In this document: positions 45,937 to 55,813 of the stretch, in pieces | Position numbering within the stretch: the first letter of the stretch is position 1 | How the letters are laid out: each line of letters starts with the position of its first letter | Origin: Acidobacteriaceae bacterium | GTDB taxonomy: Bacteria; Acidobacteriota; Terriglobia; Terriglobales; Acidobacteriaceae | Assembly: GCA_043749225.1 (NCBI GenBank) | Contig: JAYVEP010000123.1 | Coordinates: forward strand, 4,413-68,412 | DNA length: 64,000 nt | Direction: 5' to 3' | Translations under genes and position numbers: made by a program | The notes under the pieces: model-generated | Databases searched by the model: none | The model's input: the letters and a program-made list of their open reading frames with translations, nothing else | What the model was told of the DNA's origin: nothing

Positions 45937-47265
45937 ATGGCAACTGCGTCCATTTCGCCGCTGCAATTCCACAGGAAACCAGTGGAGAGGTCTTCCTTTG
46001 CCTACAAGGCCCTGGTTGTTTTCACTTTTCTCTACTATTATCGTCCCGTCGATTTTATTCCTGGGCTGGAATATATTCCGATGGAGAAAATCATTGGAGG
46101 CGTCGCGCTCCTGGCGCTTTTGGTGAGCCTGGGAAATAAGGACAGGCCTCAGATTCCGACTGCGGTCAAAGTTCTGATGCTGTTGTTTGGGCAAATGCTT
46201 TTGGCGTCGTGTTTTGCTGTGTGGAGGGGAGGGGCGCTTTCCACCACCATTAACAAGTTTTCCAAGGGCGTAATCGTCGCCATGCTGATTGGAATGATTA
46301 TTTCTTCCATTTCGGAGATGCGGCGGCTCTTTTTTATCCAGGCTACGGCGGTTGCGCTGGTCGCAGTGGGGTCCGTTTTAGTCAATCACGGAAAGTTTGA
46401 CCGGCTCTACGGAATTCAACACGGGATTCTGGAGAACCCCAACGACTTGGCGATCAACATTGCGATTACGTTCCCGCTGTGCGTCGCGTTTCTCTTAGCC
46501 AGCAAAGGAATCTTCAAGAAGCTGCTGTGGATTGTGGGTATGGTGTTTATGCTGTACGCGGTCTATGCCACTCTATCCCGCAGCGGATTGATCGCGATGG
46601 TGATGTCTGGTGCAATTTGCTTCTGGGCCTACGGGATCAAGGGCCGAAGGACCGGCATTCTTGCTGCAACAGCCGTCCTGGCATTGGTGGGACTCGGAGT
46701 CGTGGCAAGTTCGGCGACGTATCGCGCCCGCGTGCAAAGTGTTTTTGCCGGCAACGTCGAGAATTCCCAGGACAACGGCTCGATGGCCAAGCGGAGCGCT
46801 CTGCTTAAGGAGAGTTTGAGGCAGACCGCCATGCACCCAATTTTTGGCGTGGGTCCGGGGTGTTTCCCCATGTTTACCGATCACTGGCAGGTTGCCCACA
46901 ATACCTATACGGAGTTTTCGGCTGAGGCCGGAATCATGGCGCTCAGTTTGTTTCTTCTGGCCTTGACCGGAGCTTTCCGCAACCTCAAGCAGTTGCGTAG
47001 CTCACCCGGGTACCAGAAAGACCCCGAGGTGCGTCTGTACACAGATGCTCTGTGGGCCAGTTTAGCTGCCTTTGTTGCGGGCGCGGCATTTTCATCCACG
47101 GAATACAACTTGTTCTGCTATTTCATCATTGCGTATACCTGCGCGCTACACCGAATCGGCTTCAGCCCAGCGTATGGCGAAGCGGAGCCTGAGGTGAAGA
47201 AGAGCCGATGGAGCCGCTTGCCGGATGGTGCGGCAGAAACGGGAAAGCTGGCATGGACACGCTAA
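45937..47265 (+). CDS. O-antigen ligase/polymerase-like (Wzy_C) membrane protein
   Basis: It is polytopic. It carries Wzy_C-type motifs: ATLSRSGLIAM and VAHNTYTEFSAEAGI. Confidence 0.8.
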   Translation: MATASISPLQFHRKPVERSSFAYKALVVFTFLYYYRPVDFIPGLEYIPMEKIIGGVALLALLVSLGNKDRPQIPTAVKVLMLLFGQMLLASCFAVWRGGALSTTINKFSKGVIVAMLIGMIISSISEMRRLFFIQATAVALVAVGSVLVNHGKFDRLYGIQHGILENPNDLAINIAITFPLCVAFLLASKGIFKKLLWIVGMVFMLYAVYATLSRSGLIAMVMSGAICFWAYGIKGRRTGILAATAVLALVGLGVVASSATYRARVQSVFAGNVENSQDNGSMAKRSALLKESLRQTAMHPIFGVGPGCFPMFTDHWQVAHNTYTEFSAEAGIMALSLFLLALTGAFRNLKQLRSSPGYQKDPEVRLYTDALWASLAAFVAGAAFSSTEYNLFCYFIIAYTCALHRIGFSPAYGEAEPEVKKSRWSRLPDGAAETGKLAWTR

Positions 47266-47329
47266 CGTTGAGTTGCGCAGCAAGCAAAACAAAGGGAAGC
47301 GAAACACAGGATGGTACGGAGGTGACGCT

Positions 47330-49318
47330 GTGTGTGGCATAGCCGGACTGGTTGGTCGTTCTGACGAGCAGGTGAATGCGGGCGATGTTCACCGCATGTG
47401 CCAGACGATCGTACATCGTGGGCCGGACGACGAGGGAATCTACACGCGGGGACCGGTGGGGCTGGGGATGCGTCGTCTCAGCATCATCGACCTTTCTGGA
47501 GGACGCCAGCCCATCCACAACGAAGAGGCGAATGTCTGGGTCGTCTTTAACGGTGAAATTTATAATTTTCCGGAACTCCGTCGTGAACTGGAAGCCCGCG
47601 GCCATTCGTTTTATACCCACAGCGATACAGAAGTGATCGTGCATCTCTACGAAGAGATGGGACCGGAGTGCTTTACGAAGCTCCGTGGCATGTTCGCCAT
47701 TGCGCTCTACGACGAGCGGAAGAAGTCGTTGCTGCTGGGACGTGATCGGCTGGGCAAGAAGCCGTTGTACTATGCCGAACACCAGGGGCGTTTATATTTC
47801 GGCTCGGAAATCAAGACCATCCTTGCGGTTGTGCCGGAGCTGGCGCAGGTCGATCCCGAAGGCGTTCTGCAATTCTTTTATTTCGGCTACATTCTGGACC
47901 CGCTTTCTTCGTTCAAACGCATCAGGAAGTTACCCGCAGGCTGTTGGATCGAGTTCAAAGACGGAAGCTTGGGGCCAGCGCAGCAATATTGGGATGTCCC
48001 AGCTTATGGCACCTATCATCCGGCGAACGAAGAGGAATGCCTGAAGGAACTCGAAGCCGAGATGGAAGAGGCAGTCCGGATCCGGCTGATTTCCGACGTT
48101 CCGCTGGGAGCGTTGCTGAGCGGCGGCGTGGATTCTTCAATTGTGGTTGCGATGATGGCACGCTGCAGTTCGTCGCCGGTCAAGACCTTCTCGATCGCTT
48201 TCAATAACGAAAAGTTCAGCGAAGCTGAGCATGCACGTGCCGTAGCAAAGCGTTTTGGAACAGAGCACCACGAGTTGGTGGTCGAAGCCGATATCGAGCA
48301 GACCATCCAGTATCTGACTGGCATGCTGGAGGAACCGTTTGGCGATTCCTCCATGATCCCCACCTACCACGTCAGCCGGATGGCACGCCAAAATGTGACG
48401 GTCGCCCTTTCCGGGGATGGCGGAGACGAGCTTTTTGCAGGATACGATCGCTATCTCGTCGCCATGAACCGGCAGCACTTTGACAGCGTTCCGCGGTGGT
48501 TGGGCCAAGCCTACCGAAAACACATTCATGGCCTGGTTCCGTCTTCCATGTACGGTAGAAATTTTTTGTGGAGCGGTTCGCTGCCGCCAGCGGAAAGATT
48601 TCTGGATTCCGTTTCGTACCTGCCAGGATTGCACCGGGAACGAGGGCTGTTCTCGGCAGAGTTTCTGGAGGCGGCCGAGAAGCTGCCCGACCCCTGGGAA
48701 CAAGGTCGCGCATGGCACGAGCAGGGGCCGGGCAACGATCCCTTGAGCCGCATGCTTTACCTGGACACCAAGTCGTATCTGAATGGCGACATTCTGGTGA
48801 AGGTAGATCGCATGAGCATGGCGACTTCACTGGAGATGCGCGCTCCTATGCTGGACCACAAGTTTGTGGAATGGGCCGCGCGGCTGGCTGGCGAGTGGAA
48901 GTTCCGCAATGGAACACGAAAATATATTCTGAAGAAGTTGGCGGAACGCATCGGTGTTCCTCGCGAAGCAATTTATCGCAAGAAACAGGGCTTCCAAATG
49001 CCGTTGGTCGACTGGATGCGGCAGGGACTCAAGGATGACCTTCTGCAAATTCTGCTGGAGCCGCGGGCTACGCAGCGAGGCTACTTCAGGCCGGCTGCTG
49101 TGCGTAATCTTGTCGAAGAGCACGTGAGCGGACGCCGTACCCGCACCGGAGCGGTTTGGAGCCTCTTGATGTTCGAACTGTGGCACCGCAATTTCCTCGA
49201 GGCGCAGGGATATTCGACCCAACCCGTAGGCATGCCGTCTCTGTGCTCATCGGGTGATCCGGCAGCTATTTCGAGTTTTGCCCCTAGCGCTGAGCCTGTG
49301 GCAGGAGGTCGTGCGTGA
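47330..49318 (+). CDS. Asparagine synthase (glutamine-hydrolysing)-like amidotransferase, exosortase-locus type
   Basis: A GTG start with GGAGGTGA upstream gives an N-terminal nucleophile Cys (V/M-CGIAG). The PP-loop LSGGVDSS is present. The track start 47225 would bury the catalytic Cys. Confidence 0.9.
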   Translation: MCGIAGLVGRSDEQVNAGDVHRMCQTIVHRGPDDEGIYTRGPVGLGMRRLSIIDLSGGRQPIHNEEANVWVVFNGEIYNFPELRRELEARGHSFYTHSDTEVIVHLYEEMGPECFTKLRGMFAIALYDERKKSLLLGRDRLGKKPLYYAEHQGRLYFGSEIKTILAVVPELAQVDPEGVLQFFYFGYILDPLSSFKRIRKLPAGCWIEFKDGSLGPAQQYWDVPAYGTYHPANEEECLKELEAEMEEAVRIRLISDVPLGALLSGGVDSSIVVAMMARCSSSPVKTFSIAFNNEKFSEAEHARAVAKRFGTEHHELVVEADIEQTIQYLTGMLEEPFGDSSMIPTYHVSRMARQNVTVALSGDGGDELFAGYDRYLVAMNRQHFDSVPRWLGQAYRKHIHGLVPSSMYGRNFLWSGSLPPAERFLDSVSYLPGLHRERGLFSAEFLEAAEKLPDPWEQGRAWHEQGPGNDPLSRMLYLDTKSYLNGDILVKVDRMSMATSLEMRAPMLDHKFVEWAARLAGEWKFRNGTRKYILKKLAERIGVPREAIYRKKQGFQMPLVDWMRQGLKDDLLQILLEPRATQRGYFRPAAVRNLVEEHVSGRRTRTGAVWSLLMFELWHRNFLEAQGYSTQPVGMPSLCSSGDPAAISSFAPSAEPVAGGRA

Positions 49319-50373
49319 GTTCAGTGATTCAGGGCGGGTCCGCTGTGCAGAACTCTGTTGCTTCGCTGGCACATCAAGCGGATATTACTTCACGTAGCAA
49401 GGCTCCGGTGTTTGTTCTCGGATGTGTTCGCTCGGGGACAACCTGGCTGTCTCACATGCTGCTCTCCGCGGGGAACTTTGCGGTGTACCGCGCGGAATCC
49501 AACGTCTTCAACGTTCTCGAACCTCGAGTTGGCGGATTGAGGAGCGCGGCTCACCGCCGCGAGTTACTGGAAATCTGGGAACCCACCCGCATGTTCCAGC
49601 GCACCGGCCTGAACATGGCTACCTTGGCGCCGGAAATCATGGAAAACTGCCGGAACGGCGGGGATTTTCTGCGGATCTACATGGAAGCCATAGCCCGCCA
49701 ACAGGGAGTCGACCGCTGGGTGGAGACTACTCCCGAACATATTCTCTATTTAGAACGAATACGGCAAACCATTCCGAATGCCCTCGTGATCCATGTCATT
49801 CGGGACGGCAGAGACGTTGCGCTCTCCACCGAGAAGCAGAAATGGATTCGGCCTCTGCCATGGGACAAGGGCGGGGAACTGCTGGCGGCTGGGTTTTTTT
49901 GGGAGTGGATGGTTCAGCGTGGTCGGCGCGATGGCAAGAAGCTGGGTGCAAATTACACAGAAGTCAGCTACGAAGACCTAGTTCTCCGCCCGCATGAGAC
50001 CTTGGCAAGCCTGAGTTCTTTCGTAGGACAAGACTTGGACTACGACGAGATTCTCAAAGTTGGCATCGGCTCGGTGAGCAAGCCGAATACTTCTTTTGGA
50101 CAGCAGAACGACGAAGCTGAATTCAACCCGCTGGGCCGCTGGAAGCAGGCTCTCTCTCACGAAAAGCTGGTTGAACTGGAAGCGACGCTGGGTCCAACGT
50201 TGACCGAGCTTGGATATGAACTGGCAACAACGGATGCGAAAGCTCTGGACCGCCCGGATCTGCGCCGAAAGCGCGCCCTGTACAAGGCATTTTTCGATGC
50301 CAAGCACGCGCTCAAGGGTTGGAGCCTGCTGTCACCGTGGCTGATGACGCGCGACCTGTCGTGGCTCGGCTGA
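49315..50373 (+). CDS. Sulfotransferase family protein
   Basis: It has the 5'-PSB loop VLGCVRSGTTWLSHML and the 3'-PB-like motif VIHVIRDGRDVALS. It overlaps the amidotransferase stop by 4 bp. Confidence 0.8.
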   Translation: MSSVIQGGSAVQNSVASLAHQADITSRSKAPVFVLGCVRSGTTWLSHMLLSAGNFAVYRAESNVFNVLEPRVGGLRSAAHRRELLEIWEPTRMFQRTGLNMATLAPEIMENCRNGGDFLRIYMEAIARQQGVDRWVETTPEHILYLERIRQTIPNALVIHVIRDGRDVALSTEKQKWIRPLPWDKGGELLAAGFFWEWMVQRGRRDGKKLGANYTEVSYEDLVLRPHETLASLSSFVGQDLDYDEILKVGIGSVSKPNTSFGQQNDEAEFNPLGRWKQALSHEKLVELEATLGPTLTELGYELATTDAKALDRPDLRRKRALYKAFFDAKHALKGWSLLSPWLMTRDLSWLG

Positions 50374-50402
50374 ACATTTTCTCGCGGCCAAAGCCCAGGT
50401 TC

Positions 50403-52172
50403 TCACAGCACTCCCTTGGTGGCGGCCTCGATCGCATCAATGTCCGCGCCAACGTCCCTTTGGTCGATGCCCGCCTTCTTGTAACGGCTGTCTGGTCCAA
50501 GCCGGAAGTCGTGGACCTGATCCTTATCCGCAGCCAGGAAGCCGATCTCCGAGTGGTGCTTGACGGTTGCGTTCTTGGGCGGCCACTTGCTTCCGCCAAT
50601 GATGACATTGCCAGCCACCTTCGCGTTGGAAAAACAGTTCTCGAAAATCCCCGCAGGCCGCTGTGCTTCTGGGTGGTAGGCGCAGTTTTGGGGGCCGCCG
50701 CCAGTCGCAGATATCTCAAAGCGCGCGCCGCCGATCAGATTATTGGTGAATACAAGATTTGCAATCTTCGGTTCGTCCGTCTTTGCTCCGATCATAAGCA
50801 GCGTCTTGGATGCCATGCCAGTGACGTGGTCGATAGTTACATCGTGCAGCGGAACGCCTGCCGCGCTGATCTGGAACAAGAGACCATTGCCGTGAAAACG
50901 TTCACCGTCTAGATTTTCCACCAGGACGTCATGAATGCTATAGCGGCCACCGTCTTTAGCAATCGCTTTGAAGGTTGTGGGTACGTTCGCAATCTGGAAT
51001 CCGGCGCCAACATTCTTGATCTTGGAATAGCGAATTGTGACATCTAGAACCAGGCATTCAGGGCACTTGTGGTCGCCTTGATTCTTCGGGGTCAGCAGAA
51101 TCCCAAAGCCTTCCTGGGAAAAACCGCCCCAACAATTCTCCAGAACGTTGTTTTCAAACAGAACGCGCTGGCCATTCTTGAGTTCAAAAATATTCTTGAC
51201 GATGAAAGGATGACCGTCGGCGCCGCCCACGAACTCTGGACTGTCCTTCATCCAAGTAAGCGGCCGGAACATGTGGTTGCGTCGAATTTCAATGTCGCTT
51301 GGCGGCCCAGCGGCGAAACCTCCACCGAAGAAGACCGCCTGCCCGGAACCTTCCAGGAAATTGTTTTCAATCTTGTAAGGTCCCATCGGGTTGGGGCCCA
51401 AACCGCCGGAAATTGCCTGCGCATCCGTGCAGGCGCCAGTTAAGGCAATACAGTGGAGATCCGAGAAGTAAGAATCGACAACCGCAGCATAAGTAGAGCC
51501 GCCAAGCTGGAGACCGCGCGTGGTCTCACTTTGAGCCGTGCCGTGAACCCAGACTCTGTCCAATATAACGTAGCTCGCTGTGCTCTTCGGATCGATGGTA
51601 ACCAGACTGGTCAGAGAGCCATCAGGGGTGGAGCGTGTGATTTCAAGTCCCATCAGGCGATAGTGATTGGCTCCGTCCGCAAAGACAATGGGTCCCGAAC
51701 CTTTTCCGGGGAACTCGATGCGAGCCAGGACGTCCTTGGCGTCCGGGCAGGGGTAGGCTGGCCTGCCAGGCAAAGAAGCAACGCCTGCGTAGCAGGGAGT
51801 GAGGCGGGAGCCTTCCGGCGGAAGTGCCGAATCGGGGGCGCTGGTGCGTAGAACGATCCAGTGGGCGTCGTCACACTTTTTTTCGGGGAGGACGAAACGT
51901 CCCGAAAAGACTGCCCCGGCTTCCAGCTTTATGGTGTCTCCGCAGGCTGCCTGGTTCAGGGTTTGCTCCAGATTGTCGCCTGCATGCACCATCCGAGTCT
52001 TACCGGGTGTCGGAGTGTCCGCCAGCGCACTCCTAACGTGCAGGCGGGGCAATTCCGCAGGTCCATCAAAGTTACTCTGGGTGGACGGGCTCGGCTTTTG
52101 AGCGCCCGCCAGTAGCGCCAATGAAGATAGCAGAAGTCCCGCAACTAGAAGATTTCGAAGCGAAATACGCAT
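50403..52172 (-). CDS. Secreted right-handed beta-helix-like protein (paralog of the C-terminal ~570 aa of 55865-58525)
   Basis: It has a signal peptide (LLLSSLALLAGAQ). Long blocks are shared with the paralog, for example DGPAELPR, ACGDT, CDD.HWI..RTSAPDS.LP.EG.R..PC.AGVASLPGRPA, HC....G.CTDAQAISGGLG and PFIVKN.FELKN.QRVLFE.N. The biochemical function is unknown. Confidence 0.7.
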   Translation of the reverse strand: MRISLRNLLVAGLLLSSLALLAGAQKPSPSTQSNFDGPAELPRLHVRSALADTPTPGKTRMVHAGDNLEQTLNQAACGDTIKLEAGAVFSGRFVLPEKKCDDAHWIVLRTSAPDSALPPEGSRLTPCYAGVASLPGRPAYPCPDAKDVLARIEFPGKGSGPIVFADGANHYRLMGLEITRSTPDGSLTSLVTIDPKSTASYVILDRVWVHGTAQSETTRGLQLGGSTYAAVVDSYFSDLHCIALTGACTDAQAISGGLGPNPMGPYKIENNFLEGSGQAVFFGGGFAAGPPSDIEIRRNHMFRPLTWMKDSPEFVGGADGHPFIVKNIFELKNGQRVLFENNVLENCWGGFSQEGFGILLTPKNQGDHKCPECLVLDVTIRYSKIKNVGAGFQIANVPTTFKAIAKDGGRYSIHDVLVENLDGERFHGNGLLFQISAAGVPLHDVTIDHVTGMASKTLLMIGAKTDEPKIANLVFTNNLIGGARFEISATGGGPQNCAYHPEAQRPAGIFENCFSNAKVAGNVIIGGSKWPPKNATVKHHSEIGFLAADKDQVHDFRLGPDSRYKKAGIDQRDVGADIDAIEAATKGVL

Positions 52173-52235
52173 TGTGACGCCCTCTGAGTCGAGGTTAGCA
52201 CGGTCATAGAGCGGGCGACAATTCGACCGTCCAGG

Positions 52236-54014
52236 TTAGTTTGCCGGCGAAGAGAGAGTCCGCGAAGAAGGATCGGAAACTTGACTCAGCGGGGTCGTTT
52301 TCTGCCCGTCAATCAGTTCTATGTTGCCGAGCCAATTGTAGGTGTGGACGCCACGTATACCCTTCCAGACCTCTGGCGTGACCGTCAGCAACGTGCGCTC
52401 GGAGTAGCGGTCTTTGGAGAGCTCCATTATCTCGTTGAAACTAAAGCTATATCCGTAGATTGGGCAGCAACTCTGACTGGGGCGAATCCAACGATTTTCA
52501 TGCTGAAACACCCTTCCGGCACCCCGATTGAAGCGAATATCGGTCGAAATTGGATTGCTGGGATGGAATTGCCACTCTCCGGTCAGGGAATCCGAATAGA
52601 ACAGCAGGTGGCAGCCTGCGCGCGACGCGGGCTCGGCGGTAGTAGTGGCCATCCACCACAGGCCGTCGTGGTGCCAAACCGTGGTGTCGACATACTTACC
52701 CTCAAGCAGCGTTGTTTCGTGCTTCCATTTATCCGGGAATTCCTCGCAGTGGTAGAGGTCAACTCGAGCGGAGCTCCGGGCCTCAGGAATCATGAAAAGG
52801 TCGTCGCCCACCCAAAATACATGAGGATAGGAGTAGTGCTGGTTGGCATCGTCGATACAAGGCTTTGAAGCGAGGACTGTGCCGTCGAGGGTGATTTCAG
52901 CGCACGCGATCAATGCGCGCTGTTTGGCGTAGGAATAGTCTTCGAAATACATCCAATTCTTGCCTTGGCGCTCGATGACAAACGGATCGGCCCAGAAGTG
53001 CCCCTTGGGGGGCTCAATCCAGCGGAAACCGGCACCGTCGGGTGCAGAAGCCGACTCAAAGAGCCGTTTGCCATTGGTGCGAATGCCGATTCGCCAGTGC
53101 TGCACCGTCTCGCGGCGGAATTGAGACTGGACGGCCTTCTTGAGGAGGGCGGGGACCAGCCATCGAGCCATATCCGCATTCCCGGGAGTGCGATAGATCT
53201 TGCGCTTGCCCTGGTAAGGAGCTGGCGGCACTGCATTGGCCCGAATGTGGTCCCAACCGTACCGGTGAAGCTCATTGAGCTTGCGAATGACCATGTGGGT
53301 GGACCCCCAATAGGGCACAAAACGGTTCTGTGCCGCACTTACGGTCGCCTCCGTGGCGAACAGGGACCTGCACAACACCAGTCCGCCGTCCAACTCCTCC
53401 GTGAGAACCTGCAGGATGACGCCCGATAAGGGAGAGCCCTCATAAACTTCCCAGAAATGGGGCGGTCCGCCGCGGTAAAAGTCATTGTCGCCGTGGTGGT
53501 AGGACCAGACGCCGTAGCCTGCCGCCTGCAGGATGTCCCCGTGCAAGATGTTGAATCCAAAGCGAAGTAAGACATCCAGTTTTTTCGCGCGAATCGCTTC
53601 TATGGCTTCTGGCGGAAAGCGTTGAATGAACTTCTTGCCGATAGGTTCGACGTCAAGGCGGTCGATTCCGGAGAAGCGAGATGAGCAATCACCCCGGTCA
53701 AGCGGGTGATTGTCTATCTTGCGGCGGCCTTCGAGCTTTAGATAGAAGTCGTACAGGGCCTGCTTGCGCAGCTTCGGGTCCGCGAACCGGTGGGCGAACT
53801 TGCCGAACGCGCTGGTTGGCGCGGGTTTTGGGGGTGCCAGAGGATCGGGGGACGCCGCTTTCCGATACACCAATAGCTCGATTTTGGCGAAATTACTGGC
53901 TTGGATGTCTTCAATAATTCGGGCAAAGAAAGCCGAGAGCTTCGGGCTGTCGAGCAGAATCCCAATGCGCAAGGGGGGATTGGTGGCAAGAGAATGGCGG
54001 AAATAATCGACCAT
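52236..54014 (-). CDS. Fusion protein: N-terminal formyltransferase-like domain + C-terminal beta-propeller-like (GH43-like) domain
   Basis: The N-terminal part shows LDVLLRFGFNILHGDIL...WSYHHGDNDFYRGGPP...LDGGLVL (formyltransferase-fold pattern with His and Asp). The C-terminal part shows FWADPFVIE, WMYFEDYSY, YPHVFWVGDDLFMIPE, LWWMATT and LLFYSD. Assignment is by motif only. Confidence 0.6.
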   Translation of the reverse strand: MVDYFRHSLATNPPLRIGILLDSPKLSAFFARIIEDIQASNFAKIELLVYRKAASPDPLAPPKPAPTSAFGKFAHRFADPKLRKQALYDFYLKLEGRRKIDNHPLDRGDCSSRFSGIDRLDVEPIGKKFIQRFPPEAIEAIRAKKLDVLLRFGFNILHGDILQAAGYGVWSYHHGDNDFYRGGPPHFWEVYEGSPLSGVILQVLTEELDGGLVLCRSLFATEATVSAAQNRFVPYWGSTHMVIRKLNELHRYGWDHIRANAVPPAPYQGKRKIYRTPGNADMARWLVPALLKKAVQSQFRRETVQHWRIGIRTNGKRLFESASAPDGAGFRWIEPPKGHFWADPFVIERQGKNWMYFEDYSYAKQRALIACAEITLDGTVLASKPCIDDANQHYSYPHVFWVGDDLFMIPEARSSARVDLYHCEEFPDKWKHETTLLEGKYVDTTVWHHDGLWWMATTTAEPASRAGCHLLFYSDSLTGEWQFHPSNPISTDIRFNRGAGRVFQHENRWIRPSQSCCPIYGYSFSFNEIMELSKDRYSERTLLTVTPEVWKGIRGVHTYNWLGNIELIDGQKTTPLSQVSDPSSRTLSSPAN

Positions 54015-54198
54015 GAGGAACCATCATGGTACCAGCTAGGCCCGCAGTCTCCAAGCAGTGTGAGTTCAGCGAGCGGCACTTTGCGATCCTCGGCAGACGG
54101 GTTAGTCTGTAGCAAGGTTCGTTGATCGGGAGCGATGGTGTTTTTATCACGAAACCAGATTGTGAAATGAGGAGGCCGGTATTTCAACCGAAGGTCAT

Positions 54199-55008
54199 TT
54201 GCAGGTTGGGTCTGCCAGTGGATTGAGGACGTTGTTGATCTGCCATCATGATGCGCCGCTGGATTTCGAAAGCTTGGCGCGCTGGATGGCATCGTTTTCC
54301 AGCCTGGTGGGAATTGTGATCCTCGAAGAGAAGAGCGATCAAGTCAAGCGACGGGTGCAGCGTGAGCATAAGCGCATTGGGACCCTACGGTTTCTGGATG
54401 TGCTGGCATTCCGTGTTTACTACAAACTATTTCTTGCCGCGGCGGATACAAAATGGACTAACGATCAAGTGACGAAGTTTCGCGAGCTGTATCCTGCGAT
54501 GGACGTGCCTACGATCCAGTCGCACTCTCCGAACACGCCCGAGGTTGAAAAATTTATCCGCAAGGCCCAGCCCGATATCGTGATTGCGCGTTGCAAGTTC
54601 ATCATGAAGGAACAGGTGTTCTCGATTCCGAAGACGGGGACTTTTGTGATGCACCCGGGGATTTGTCCCGAGTACCGGAATGCGCACGGTTGTTTTTGGG
54701 CGTTGGCCCATGACGATATTAATCGGGTTGGGGTGTCGTTGTTGAAAATCGACAAAGGCGTGGACACCGGTCCGATTTACGGGTACTTCGGCTACAAGTA
54801 TGACGAAGTAGCGGAATCGCATTACCGCATTCAGTGCCGCTGCGTGCTGGAGAACTTAGATGCCATGGCGGCGAAGTTGCTGGAAATTCATCAAGGGAAG
54901 GCTGTAGCGATCGATGTCAAGGGTCGCAAATCGGCGGCTTGGGGACAACCTTGGATGACCGCATACTTGCACTGGAAATCGCAGGCGCGACGGCGGAGAG
55001 CTCAGTGA
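54199..55008 (+). CDS. Formyltransferase-fold protein (divergent)
   Basis: FVMHPGICPEYRNAHG parallels the N.HPSLLP.YRG core, and IDKGVDTGPIYG parallels the catalytic Asp loop. The start codon is TTG and uncertain. Confidence 0.65.
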   Translation: MQVGSASGLRTLLICHHDAPLDFESLARWMASFSSLVGIVILEEKSDQVKRRVQREHKRIGTLRFLDVLAFRVYYKLFLAAADTKWTNDQVTKFRELYPAMDVPTIQSHSPNTPEVEKFIRKAQPDIVIARCKFIMKEQVFSIPKTGTFVMHPGICPEYRNAHGCFWALAHDDINRVGVSLLKIDKGVDTGPIYGYFGYKYDEVAESHYRIQCRCVLENLDAMAAKLLEIHQGKAVAIDVKGRKSAAWGQPWMTAYLHWKSQARRRRAQ

Positions 55009-55787
55009 AAGCGCTGTCTATCCTGTATCACGACGTAGTTCGTGAAGATTTTGAGGAATCGGGATTTCCGGGCGCAGCGGCAGGCCGGTACAAATTCACG
55101 AGATCGGAATTTTCCACGCACTTAAGCCGCATGACCGAGAAGGCAACGGGAATGGCGGTGCCGGTGGATTTGTTGTTGGATGGGGCCGTCAGTCGCCCAT
55201 TTTTCATGACCATCGACGATGGCGGATCGAGTGCCGTCTACATTGCCGAGGAGTTGGAGCGGCATGACTGGCGTGGACATTTTTTTGTCACCACGAACTA
55301 CATTGACACACCAACTTTCGTTTCCCGCGATCAGATTCGCTGGTTGCACAAGCGTGGGCACGTGATCGGGTCCCATTCCAGTTCGCATCCGTTTCGGATG
55401 TCGGAAATTCCGAAGGAGCAACTGGCCCGCGAATGGAAGGGCAGTGTGGAAGTCTTGTCGGAGATATTGGGCGAGCAAGTGCGATCAGCTTCAGTGCCCG
55501 GGGGGTTTTACGCGCCGCGAGTTGCAGAGGCTGCCGCTGCGGCAGGTGTTCGCGCGCTGTTTACCTCGGAGCCTACAACCAGTGTGGCCCAGATTGCTGG
55601 ATGCCTCGTCTTGGGGCGCTACACGGTGTATCGCGGAATCTCCGCCGAGTATGCAGGTGATTTGGCAGCGGGGAATTGGCTGGCATTGACGCGGCAACAG
55701 TTGCTCTGGGGCGTTAAGAAGACATTGAAAACTGTGGCAGCACCGGTTTGGGATGGCGCACGCAAAGTTCTGTTTTCTCAGAAGTAG
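55005..55787 (+). CDS. Polysaccharide deacetylase (CE4/NodB-homology) family protein
   Basis: NodB motifs TIDDGG, HSSSH and SVPGG are present. The GTG start overlaps the upstream stop (GTGA). The track start 54834 lies inside the upstream gene. Confidence 0.75.
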   Translation: MKALSILYHDVVREDFEESGFPGAAAGRYKFTRSEFSTHLSRMTEKATGMAVPVDLLLDGAVSRPFFMTIDDGGSSAVYIAEELERHDWRGHFFVTTNYIDTPTFVSRDQIRWLHKRGHVIGSHSSSHPFRMSEIPKEQLAREWKGSVEVLSEILGEQVRSASVPGGFYAPRVAEAAAAAGVRALFTSEPTTSVAQIAGCLVLGRYTVYRGISAEYAGDLAAGNWLALTRQQLLWGVKKTLKTVAAPVWDGARKVLFSQK

Positions 55788-55813
55788 CAAATTATGGGTT
55801 CTGGATGCAAAGC

